From Pseudomonadota bacterium (GTDB taxonomy: Bacteria; UBA10199; 2-02-FULL-44-16; JBDRGF01): DNA of 10,325 nucleotides. The position numbers and the translations under genes were made by a program. This document shows, one piece after another, positions 1 to 7,710 of the stretch. Location: positions 1 to 10,325 of the forward strand of contig JBDRGF010000068.1 in the NCBI GenBank assembly GCA_043818055.1, written 5' to 3'. The first letter of the stretch is position 1. Every line of letters starts with the position of its first letter. The notes under the pieces are model-generated. The model worked only from the letters and a program-made list of their open reading frames with translations, did no database searches and was not told the DNA's origin.

Positions 1-141
1 ACTGATAGAATAAAAAAATATCTTAATGATTTATTAGATAGCGGTACTTTTAGTGTTATGGATCGGCCGGAAGCGAATATGATATACTGCCTCGACAAGA
101 ACAGCCAATATTATAAGATGTGGGTGATCATCGATCATTAA
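1..141 (+). CDS. 3' end of a hypothetical protein (5'-partial)
   Basis: Frame +1 is open from base 1 to TAA at 139-141 (TDRIKKYLNDLLDSGTFSVMDRPEANMIYCLDKNSQYYKMWVIIDH*) in AT-rich DNA. No family recognised. Confidence 0.45.
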   Translation, partial: TDRIKKYLNDLLDSGTFSVMDRPEANMIYCLDKNSQYYKMWVIIDH

Positions 142-147
142 AGCCCT

Positions 148-189
148 TGTACACAACCATGCCATATTTTCGGTGATCGGTTGAGTAAC
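148..189. repeat. Dyad site X (left copy), 42 bp
   Basis: TGTACACAAC-N22-GTTGAGTAAC imperfect inverted repeat; same length as and 27/42 identical (ungapped) to 7711-7752. Confidence 0.6.
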
Positions 190-258
190 GATATTTAATC
201 AAAATAAATTAAAATTCCTCATCCCATCAAGCCTGTTGTGTTTGTCCAGGCGACTATG

Positions 259-393
259 ATGGGTGTGTTGAAAAATACAAAAAATCTAAAAAGTGTCATT
301 CTGAGCGAAGCGAAGAATCTTGTTATTTCGAATACTTAAGATCCTTCACTACGTTCAGGATGACAACAATAAGGTGTTTTTCAACAGACCCAT
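259..393. mobile_element. MITE/REP-like palindromic element with terminal inverted repeats and an internal long hairpin
   Basis: TIRs 259-278 and 374-393 match 18/20. Internal IR 294-321 and 338-365 match 23/28 (GTCATTCTGAGCGAAGCGAAGAATCT...AGATCCTTCACTACGTTCAGGATGAC), a motif I recognise as a common intergenic palindromic repeat type. It lies inside a further 10-bp IR (229-238 and 440-449). Confidence 0.7.
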
Positions 394-493
394 TTTTGGG
401 CGTGCCCCTACAACAATTCAATATACAAGCGACTTGCGGCAACAGGCTTCATCGCAAGGATGACAACCTACCGAAAAGTTGATTTATTGTTTT

Positions 494-534
494 CTTACAC
501 TACAAATGTGTGAAAATGATAAAAGTAGTGTAAC
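494..534. repeat. Dyad site Y (left copy), 41 bp
   Basis: CTTACACTAC-N21-GTAGTGTAAC; 33/41 identical (ungapped) to 7796-7836. Confidence 0.8.
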
Positions 535-588
535 AATCGAAATGCTAATCCAAACAGACCAAAACCTTATAATTCTTCGGAACTGCTC

Positions 589-635
589 TATTTAATACCC
601 GGCAGGAACATGTTTATTATTAGATGTATCAACAT
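589..635 (+). repeat. 47-bp direct repeat, copy 1 (flanks the ATPase gene)
   Basis: TATTTAATACCCGGCAGGAACATGTTTATTATTAGATGTATCAACAT; 46/47 identical to 2113-2159. Confidence 0.95.
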
Positions 636-640
636 TTAAG

Positions 641-1972
641 TTATTCATCATAGCTCAACGAAGTTGGAGCAGACAGCAAAAACTCTTCAATTGTGATTCC
701 TTTAACTTGTTTTGATGTAAAAGGTGTATTGCAGATAACTGTAAGTTCATCCTTCGGAAATATTTTTGAAAACCAACTGAATTCGAGCGGGCCTGCCTGG
801 CCTTTTTTCACTTCGATAAATTTTAGATCAGGAGTTACAAAATCAATCTCGTGTTCTTTTGATTCCCAAAAAGAAATTGCCTCTGGGTTCTCCTGTCCTG
901 ACAGAACGCTGTTGCGCCATAGCTCCTGAGCCACAAGCCATTCTATGAATGTTCCCTGAAGATCGGGCGATAAATTTTCAAATTCATGTACCTGTTTAAG
1001 CGCTGAAGGATGAAATGCAATCGCGACTGCCAAATTTATAAAATGAAATTTGCATGGCTTTCGCATGAGTATCATTTTCTTGTTGGTTTCAATGGGCCAC
1101 GAGGGAAGAAGCGAGAGCAGATCCGAAAGCTGTTCAATGTAGCCGCTTGCTACTGTGTTATTGGCTAATCCCCCTTCACGAGCCAATTTTGCAAAACCTA
1201 CAGGGCTGCCACCGTAGTTCATAATGACATGCAATAGCTGTGTTAGCGCTATTCTACTTCTGCCTGAGGATACGACTTCACCCAATACCCAGTCGCGCAC
1301 TAATTGAATGAAATATTCAGGAAGTCGTTCAAATTGGCAGATATCGTTGCAAGCAACAGGTGAGCCGCCCGTCAAAAGATATGCGATCCACGATTTGTCA
1401 CCATGCACATCTTCAGAGTTCAATTTGAATTCCCTGTAAGAAATTGGAAGAAAGATGTATTCGTTCTTTGGCAGTTTTCCTTTCCTGCCAGGCAGCTTTT
1501 CTGAACCGTGTCGCAAGTCGGATGCCTTTGAACCTGTTGTAATGATAAGGACATCTTTGAACATGCCCTGGTCAATCACTCTTTTGACAGCCTTTTCCCA
1601 GTTAGGGATAGCTGTTATCTCATCGATGAAAAGTCTTTTAACTTTGGCATCTCTTGAATAAGCGGAATGGATATTGATCATCTCTTCTGCCAGTTCATCG
1701 AAGCTGCCTATTTCATCACCGTTCAGATAGTATGAAGAACCCTTTCCAAATTCTTCTGTAGACCAACGCAGATTCATATCAAGCCAAGTGCTTTTACCAT
1801 ATTGACGAGGACCTCTGATGATTATTAGACCGGGTTCGGTTGGTAATTCGTTCAACCCAAATTCAAACCGAAATTGATGGGCTTTTGATTCCATTTCGAC
1901 TATGCGGGGCCACATATCCTCACGATCGATATTCCCTTCAGATAAAAGGCGATTTATTGTCTTAACGTCCAT
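641..1972 (-). CDS. AAA+ ATP-binding protein, AAA_14 + DUF4143 (COG1373-like), with a C-terminal PD-(D/E)XK-like motif
   Basis: 443 aa. Walker A GPRQYGKST, Walker B LFIDEI, family motifs IITTGS, LPGR and YLLTGGSP, and C-terminal EIDFV...IEVK. Confidence 0.9.
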   Translation of the reverse strand: MDVKTINRLLSEGNIDREDMWPRIVEMESKAHQFRFEFGLNELPTEPGLIIIRGPRQYGKSTWLDMNLRWSTEEFGKGSSYYLNGDEIGSFDELAEEMINIHSAYSRDAKVKRLFIDEITAIPNWEKAVKRVIDQGMFKDVLIITTGSKASDLRHGSEKLPGRKGKLPKNEYIFLPISYREFKLNSEDVHGDKSWIAYLLTGGSPVACNDICQFERLPEYFIQLVRDWVLGEVVSSGRSRIALTQLLHVIMNYGGSPVGFAKLAREGGLANNTVASGYIEQLSDLLSLLPSWPIETNKKMILMRKPCKFHFINLAVAIAFHPSALKQVHEFENLSPDLQGTFIEWLVAQELWRNSVLSGQENPEAISFWESKEHEIDFVTPDLKFIEVKKGQAGPLEFSWFSKIFPKDELTVICNTPFTSKQVKGITIEEFLLSAPTSLSYDE

Positions 1973-2007
1973 AACGTTAACATACCTAACGTTCTAAACG
2001 TTAGCAA
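1963..2007 (-). promoter_or_regulatory. Putative sigma70 promoter (leaderless) overlapped by two palindromic operators
   Basis: Minus strand: TTGCTA (2007-2002), 17-bp spacer, TATGTT (1984-1979), 6 nt, then ATG (1972), with no Shine-Dalgarno. TAACGT-N5-ACGTTA occurs at 1963-1979 and 1987-2003. Confidence 0.6.
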
Positions 2008-2112
2008 GGGTTTTTTGGTATTTACTACAAAAATCAAAAGGGGGGTGGAACGTAATCATATGATATTTAAGGTATTTTAAAGGATATGTTCAGAATGATA
2101 AAAAGGACACTT

Positions 2113-2159
2113 TATTTAATACCCGGCAGGAACATGTTTATTATTAGATGAATCAACAT
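2113..2159 (+). repeat. 47-bp direct repeat, copy 2
   Basis: 46/47 identical to 589-635 (A2151 vs T627). Contains the dyad ATGTTTATT-attagatg-AATCAACAT. Confidence 0.95.
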
Positions 2160-2400
2160 CGCGCCGTAGATGTCTTTTCGCCATGCGAAGTAACCGCTGA
2201 TGGCAAGTCCTACTGGAAAGATCGCGTAGGTAAGAGGGAGTTGGAATATATGGTAGGCGATGAAGAGAAGCCCGGAGGTCGACTCCAGTCATTCGATGGG
2301 GTAATAGTACTGACCTATATTGTTTATCCCTTGCAATTGACCCTCTGTTGACTCATATTTATTTTTCCAATCCTGATGTCCACTTATAAAAAGAGAGTTA

Positions 2401-3051
2401 ATGATGAAATATCATGTGTCAAATGATGCAGGTACCCAGTTGGATAAGCTGGTGGCGCAATTTGAAAAGCAAACCAAAACAGAGATCGTCCTGGCTGTGA
2501 CTCAGAAGAGCGACAGTTACGATGAGCTGCCCTGGAAAGCTTTTGCTCTGGGAGCGTCGCTCGCAGGGATCGGTGTGTTTGTGCAGCAGCTGTTTTTCAA
2601 CGGATGGGATTCTCTGCTGAACACGTTTCAGGCGGTGACCGGGATTCTCGGTTGCGGTGTACTATTTGCCGTGTTGGTTATGCTCTTTCCCTTCTTCGCC
2701 AGATTCTTCCTCTCAAAAGACCGGGCAGCAACCGAAGTGGAACAGTATGCTGCCTCAATGTTTCTGAAACGGGAGCTCTTTGCAACGAGGAGCCGGATCG
2801 GTATTCTCGCCCTCGTCAGTCTCTTTGAACGGAAGATCGTGATCCAGCCGGATATAGGACTGCGCACAATTTTAACTTCAGAGGCCCTGCAGCCAGTCAT
2901 TGAAGCCATGATCCCTCTTCTGAAACGGGGAGAAATCGTGCCGGCATTTGAACAGGGACTTGAGCAACTGACCTCTCTCATTGGAACGAGCTCCCCCGGG
3001 TCCCATGGGAATGAACTCTCTGACGAAATTATTGAGGAGAAAGGCGAATGA
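2401..3051 (+). CDS. TPM domain membrane protein (COG3762-like)
   Basis: 216 aa. EKQTKTEIV, SDSY, two hydrophobic helices, TRSRIGILALVSLFERKIVIQPDIG and a C-terminal NELSD are characteristic of this family. Confidence 0.85.
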   Translation: MMKYHVSNDAGTQLDKLVAQFEKQTKTEIVLAVTQKSDSYDELPWKAFALGASLAGIGVFVQQLFFNGWDSLLNTFQAVTGILGCGVLFAVLVMLFPFFARFFLSKDRAATEVEQYAASMFLKRELFATRSRIGILALVSLFERKIVIQPDIGLRTILTSEALQPVIEAMIPLLKRGEIVPAFEQGLEQLTSLIGTSSPGSHGNELSDEIIEEKGE

Positions 3052-3992
3052 AAACGTGTGTGAAATACATAGTGCTGACGGTTATGCTATTGCCTGTCTC
3101 ATCAGCAGCTCAGGATGTTCCCTATCTCACCGGTCGGGTTACAGATAATGCGCAAATCCTCACACCTGAGACCCGCCAGAGCATAACCGGATTACTGAAA
3201 GCTCACGAGGATAAGACCACAAATCAGATTGCTGTGCTGACCGTTCCCTCACTGGACGGTGAGGCCATTGAAGACTATGCCGATGCTGTTTTTCAGGCCT
3301 GGGAACTGGGAAAGAAGGGGGTTGATAATGGACTCCTTATTCTGATTGCTCCCAATGAACGGCGCATGCGGATAGAAGTTGGGTACGGTCTCGAAGGAGA
3401 CCTGACTGACGGGAAAGCTGGTCAGATAATCCGGAATATCATTACGCCCCGTTTCAAACAGAATGATTATGATGGCGGTATTACTGCGGGTGTGGAAGCG
3501 GTGATTACAAAACTGGAGGGAGGCGAGCTCTCCCAGGAAATCAGTGAAGAGAAGTCGGACGAAGCCTTCTTTGAAGGACCGGATCTTGCACTGATGCCGC
3601 GAATTCTGATCGGGGCATTCATCTTCGGTATCATAGGACTCTTTACCATCATCGGTGTTGCGACCCCCGGGGTCGGGTGGTTCCTCTATTTTTTCCTCAT
3701 TCCGTTCTGGGCAATGTTTCCCATCGTTGTTGTCGGCACCCGGGGTACATTCATCATTCTTATCGTGTATGTGATCGGTTTTCCCATTACCAAACTGATT
3801 TTCAAAAAGACAAAGTGGTACGAAAGGGCGAAAAACGATCTGAAACGAAAGGGACAAGCCAGCATCGGGGGATTCCATTTTGGTTCCGGATCCAGCTCGT
3901 GGAGCTCAGGAAGCTCCGGCTTCAGCAGCGGCTCCAGCTTTTCAGGTGGTGGCGGCTCCTCGGGCGGGGGCGGCGCTTCGGGTAGCTGGTAG
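3048..3992 (+). CDS. TPM domain protein, YgcG/COG1512 family
   Basis: 314 aa. Signal peptide, GRVTDNAQIL, WELGKKGVDNGLLILIA, RIEVGYGLEG, TM helices and a Gly/Ser tail ending GGGGASGSW. ATGA overlap with the upstream gene. Confidence 0.92.
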   Translation: MKTCVKYIVLTVMLLPVSSAAQDVPYLTGRVTDNAQILTPETRQSITGLLKAHEDKTTNQIAVLTVPSLDGEAIEDYADAVFQAWELGKKGVDNGLLILIAPNERRMRIEVGYGLEGDLTDGKAGQIIRNIITPRFKQNDYDGGITAGVEAVITKLEGGELSQEISEEKSDEAFFEGPDLALMPRILIGAFIFGIIGLFTIIGVATPGVGWFLYFFLIPFWAMFPIVVVGTRGTFIILIVYVIGFPITKLIFKKTKWYERAKNDLKRKGQASIGGFHFGSGSSSWSSGSSGFSSGSSFSGGGGSSGGGGASGSW

Positions 3993-4090
3993 GGAGAGGT
4001 TGAATAATTTGCTTTGAAAGGTAATGGGATAAAAAATGAGCCCTTGCCAAAGCGAGAAGCAAAACGGTATTTTTAACATGTACAGGAATT

Positions 4091-4966
4091 TTAATTTTTT
4101 AACCTATTCTCACAATATTGGCTAATTATTTTTTCTTGCTCCATTATAGATTTATCATCCAACTTTAAAACCATATACTTTTTATCTTTTGGTGTACGAT
4201 AAGTTAGTCTATTTTTACTAAATAAATCTCCAAGTAGTAAATTTTGTAATGAGACAGAAATATCCTCTAAATAAGCTGGTATTTCTGATAGTGCATCGGT
4301 CAGTTCGTTGCTAATTTTTTTAATTTTAGTTAATTGTTCTGACGATATTTTTCTTATGGATATTAAATTTCCATTTTTTTCACAATATTCATTGTCCAAT
4401 AATAAAATCCTATTTTGGTCTGTGATGTTTCCAAGATTCGTTGGAAGAAAGCTTATAATTTCCATAAAAAACGCATTCCATTTTTTAGAAATTATATCAA
4501 ATTGCATGGAAATCATTTCTTTTGAGGTTTTAAGTTGAGGAAAAACTATTAGATATCTTTCCAATTCATTAATTAGCGATAATAGATGATTTGTCCATTC
4601 ATTATTAAGTTTAGAAAGTGAATCAGCGTTGGTACCAATAGGACATGGATTGAGCCCCATGTTTAATTTTTTTTCCCAATAAAATTTTATGTTAGGAAGT
4701 AAAGTTAATATAACTACATTAAATTTAGTAATGCTACTTTTTGTTTTAAAAATTACGTTTGATATTTCTTTGTAGAGTTCATTGTTTAGTGTTTTCTTAA
4801 AATGATCTTGTTGTAAATTACGTTCACATTTCTTAGATTTATTAAATGAAATAATCGCCCATATAAACCCAAAGAATAGAATGCAAACTTCTAAGCCTTG
4901 GAAAAATAAATTCCAATCAAAAAAACATGACAATTTTAACAAATCACAATCACTCATAATAATCAT
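4091..4966 (-). CDS. Hypothetical protein with N-terminal transmembrane helix, very AT-rich
   Basis: 291-codon ORF maintained in very AT-rich DNA; hydrophobic LEVCILFFGFIWAIISF followed by basic residues. The start could be the ATG three codons downstream. Confidence 0.75.
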   Translation of the reverse strand: MIIMSDCDLLKLSCFFDWNLFFQGLEVCILFFGFIWAIISFNKSKKCERNLQQDHFKKTLNNELYKEISNVIFKTKSSITKFNVVILTLLPNIKFYWEKKLNMGLNPCPIGTNADSLSKLNNEWTNHLLSLINELERYLIVFPQLKTSKEMISMQFDIISKKWNAFFMEIISFLPTNLGNITDQNRILLLDNEYCEKNGNLISIRKISSEQLTKIKKISNELTDALSEIPAYLEDISVSLQNLLLGDLFSKNRLTYRTPKDKKYMVLKLDDKSIMEQEKIISQYCENRLKN

Positions 4967-5013
4967 TTAACATTTTTTTGATTTATATCAATCTATTTGC
5001 TTTTCACATATTT

Positions 5014-5808
5014 TTATTGGAGTTCACTTTTTTGTAAATAAAATTGAGAACCATTTTGAGTGGGGCTAATTTCCCCAATTATTTTTACAAATTCCCCTTT
5101 AGCTAATCTATCCAACTTATCTTTCCATTCACGCCTGAACCTGCACTCAATTTGGTCAGTTCCATTTCGGAGGATGACTGCGGTTTGATCGCCGTCTGGT
5201 GCACCGTGCCCGACATCGTAAATTGAACCGGAGACCTCAATCCACTGTCCTACAAATGGCTGTATTAACCTGTTGGACTCCTGTGTTGTGCGATCAGGCA
5301 TGTAGAACGAAAGTAACTCGCGGGGAGTCCGATTTACCATTTCTCGCTCTTGGGATGGTTGAAAGGGTGCAGCAGGGCTCTGGGTTTGAGTCTGAATTTT
5401 TCTCTTGAGGAGTGTTTGCTTACTATCATTTATAGGGATAAACCGTGACCCATCTTCTAGAGTTATAATAACGGTTTCATAACCTGCCTTGATATCGTCG
5501 TTTGACCAAAGGAGCCTATATCCCTCAGCCTCAAGCTTTGCTATGAGGCCTGACTTTTCGGGATAGTTCATTGCCACCTTGCGTTTTTCAGGGGGAAGAT
5601 GCTGCTTAGCATCCGATAAAAAATAGTTGGTGACATGTTTATCACCGGCAACATTATCGCCATTACCTTCATGTTTTTGAATTGCGGCAGATGAACTATT
5701 TACTTCCTTTGTGGTTTTACTTTTCAACAAATTCCAGCCATAGCCTTGCCAAATTCCCGCCCCAGCTAAAATTATCCCACTTAAAACTATGTGAACCCAT
5801 GGATTCAT
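5014..5808 (-). CDS. Hypothetical membrane-anchored protein with probable C-terminal OB-fold (tRNA_anti-like)
   Basis: 264 aa. N-terminal hydrophobic helix; C-terminal pattern FVGQWIEVSGSIYDV...IECRF...LAKGEFVKIIGEI is typical of tRNA_anti-like OB folds. Confidence 0.7.
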   Translation of the reverse strand: MNPWVHIVLSGIILAGAGIWQGYGWNLLKSKTTKEVNSSSAAIQKHEGNGDNVAGDKHVTNYFLSDAKQHLPPEKRKVAMNYPEKSGLIAKLEAEGYRLLWSNDDIKAGYETVIITLEDGSRFIPINDSKQTLLKRKIQTQTQSPAAPFQPSQEREMVNRTPRELLSFYMPDRTTQESNRLIQPFVGQWIEVSGSIYDVGHGAPDGDQTAVILRNGTDQIECRFRREWKDKLDRLAKGEFVKIIGEISPTQNGSQFYLQKSELQ

Positions 5809-5940
5809 AACATTTACCTAATAAGGTACAACCTATTTATCATACCTACATAAACTCTATGTTTTTTTCCCCGTCATGCTGTCACAATATTGCGTGTGCG
5901 AGAAAAACCAAGACGGACGAAAATTGAGCATCTTCATAAA

Positions 5941-7386
5941 TTAATTGCTTTCAAATGCGGTAAAAGTGCCAGGAATAAAAATCTTAAACCGTTCATCTAG
6001 TTTGTTTATATTGTAGTTGTCTCCATACACATAAAGACCATCAACCGTAGGTGGAAAGATTTCGGCCCATACAATCTTTGATGTTTTAGCTGTGACCAAT
6101 ATACCAGGAAACCTAACATCGCTGCCAAGCACAGCTGTGTAGGGCATGCTCAATTTAAAATGTTTTGATAGACTCTGGCTTTCAGATGGCTTGTTCACAT
6201 TAATGGTTAAATCAACTGTGCCATCCAATTTTGGTGAATATCCATAATTTTCAGGTGCCTCTAACAATTGACGATTATTTTTATTGAAAAAGTGATTTTG
6301 AATTAATTTGCTGACAAAAACGCATATTAGAATTATAATCGTGATAATTGCAGCAGATATTCCAAACATTTTAATGCTTGTCAAAGACAGCCCCTGAATC
6401 AATCCAATTGGATTACTCAAATAAGAGATTGCTAGAGCGAGAATTACAAATGTCCCTAATACTTGTATGAACGTGCATATTCTAGCATATGTTGATTTAG
6501 GTTGAATATCCCCATTGTTTGCTGAAAGAAATGAAAGAGTAGAATAGTAGAAAAAATCCCCGAATGCTAACTTTACAGGGATTGCTTGAGTATTAATCAA
6601 TAATCTTTTTGCTAAATAGTAAAATAGAGACTTTTCAATTGAGTGCAACGCTTCTTTGTCCTTGCCCAGGAGGCTGGAGAAGTCCTGTTTTATAAAGTCT
6701 AAAATCTCATTACTTTTGATGCTCAATAAAACATCAAATCTGTTGACAGGTATTTGCTCGGACAATTCGTTAAGTATTGTTGATAAGCGAAGATCGATAT
6801 TTTTATTGAGTGGAAGGCTCTGGTTATGCACATCTAAAGTTACCCCGAGGCTGGACAATCTAGAACTTAGTTTTGTGATAAAATCTTTAACAACATTGTC
6901 TTTCTTTGGCGAATTAGGTGAAAAAGATTGTAACAAGAGTTCAGGAAAATCTTTTGAAAGTTTATGTCTAAGCAAATTATAATCGAGTTTTGCGCCATAG
7001 TAAATTTCGTAAGCCTTGTAAAATTGATTGAGCGTTTTTCTTCCTTCATCATTGAGATTATCTGTGATTTCAAGCAAACCCCAGTTAGGGAAGAAAAAAC
7101 TACTTTTGACGTCTTTAGAAAGCCATAATTCTTTTACGGCTTCTTCTTGTTTCCTAGATTTGTAGATTTCTGATCCAGAAAATGCGATATCTAAACTGGA
7201 TGAGTAAACATTTCTATATATAAGGCTAAAAAATATACTCTGCAAAAAGAGAACTAAAACAATAACGCCTAAAATCAACAGAATTTGTGAATTTGGATTA
7301 AATGGTGAAACCTTCACCCAGATTAAGCCCTCATAGGCAGCAAAGAGCAATAAAGAATAAAAAAATAAATAGATAATTGATACCAT
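5941..7386 (-). CDS. Membrane protein with Ion_trans_2 (K-channel-like) pore segment and degenerate filter
   Basis: 481 aa. Two N-terminal TM helices, then FGDFFYYSTLSFLSANNGDIQPKSTYARICTFIQVLGTFVILALAISYL matching the pore helix, GDIxP and inner helix pattern. AGGA lies upstream of the ATG. Confidence 0.7.
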   Translation of the reverse strand: MVSIIYLFFYSLLLFAAYEGLIWVKVSPFNPNSQILLILGVIVLVLFLQSIFFSLIYRNVYSSSLDIAFSGSEIYKSRKQEEAVKELWLSKDVKSSFFFPNWGLLEITDNLNDEGRKTLNQFYKAYEIYYGAKLDYNLLRHKLSKDFPELLLQSFSPNSPKKDNVVKDFITKLSSRLSSLGVTLDVHNQSLPLNKNIDLRLSTILNELSEQIPVNRFDVLLSIKSNEILDFIKQDFSSLLGKDKEALHSIEKSLFYYLAKRLLINTQAIPVKLAFGDFFYYSTLSFLSANNGDIQPKSTYARICTFIQVLGTFVILALAISYLSNPIGLIQGLSLTSIKMFGISAAIITIIILICVFVSKLIQNHFFNKNNRQLLEAPENYGYSPKLDGTVDLTINVNKPSESQSLSKHFKLSMPYTAVLGSDVRFPGILVTAKTSKIVWAEIFPPTVDGLYVYGDNYNINKLDERFKIFIPGTFTAFESN

Positions 7387-7418
7387 CGTTTTCCTGTTTG
7401 CTGGGTGTTTGGATTTAT

Positions 7419-7562
7419 TTATAATAACTCCCTCGGATCCACATCCAACGCCTTTGCAATCCTCGTAAGGGTTTCAATATCAAAATTCCGCTGTCCTGAT
7501 TCAAGTTGCTGATCCCCCAGCTCCTTCAAAGCCATTTCAAGTGCGCCGTATACTTCTTTTTT
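7419..7562 (-). pseudogene. Remnant of an XRE/Cro-C1 family HTH regulator
   Basis: Manual translation KKEVYGALEMALKELGD-QQLESGQRNFDIETLTRIAKALDVDPRELL*. The second half is a typical XRE C-terminus, but most of the HTH core is missing and an in-frame stop lies at 7566-7568. Confidence 0.7.
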
Positions 7563-7710
7563 ATATTAAAATCAAATAGATAAGCAAAGTTTTTTAAAAC
7601 TCTTGGTGCTTCAAAGGGGATTGAATTTTCGCCCATGTTGAAAACAAAACCACCTCTTTTTCACCCAGTTTTTCAATAAGACACAAATCAGCTGACTCTT
7701 TTTTGCATTT

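Noticed and set aside
693..1661. Plus-strand ORFs 693-929 and 1455-1661
   Set aside because: Antisense shadows of the well-supported ATPase gene with no recognisable motifs.
589..2159. 47-bp repeats as CRISPR, integron attC or dif sites
   Set aside because: Only two copies 1.5 kb apart with no spacer array. I find no RYYYAAC...GTTRRRY attC hairpin and no XerD-type TTATGTTAAA arm.
2148..2351. 67-aa ORF starting inside repeat copy 2
   Set aside because: No clear RBS and no recognisable family, not LemA-like. It may be a gene fragment but cannot be supported without a search.
2604..3985. Alternative-frame and antisense ORFs over the TPM genes, including 3249-3878
   Set aside because: They fully overlap two genes with strong family signatures.
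3880..3992. Low-complexity AGC/GGC/TCC-rich stretch as a DNA repeat element
   Set aside because: Explained by the Gly/Ser-rich tail that is normal for YgcG/TPM proteins.
3993..5940. Integron cassette array for the AT-rich minus-strand genes
   Set aside because: Intergenic segments 3993-4090, 4967-5013 and 5809-5940 show no attC-like palindromes or shared repeat, and there is no integrase in the window.
4308..7073. Short ORFs 4308-4538, 5199-5408, 6656-6982 and 6867-7073
   Set aside because: Nested in or antisense to longer, more plausible ORFs.
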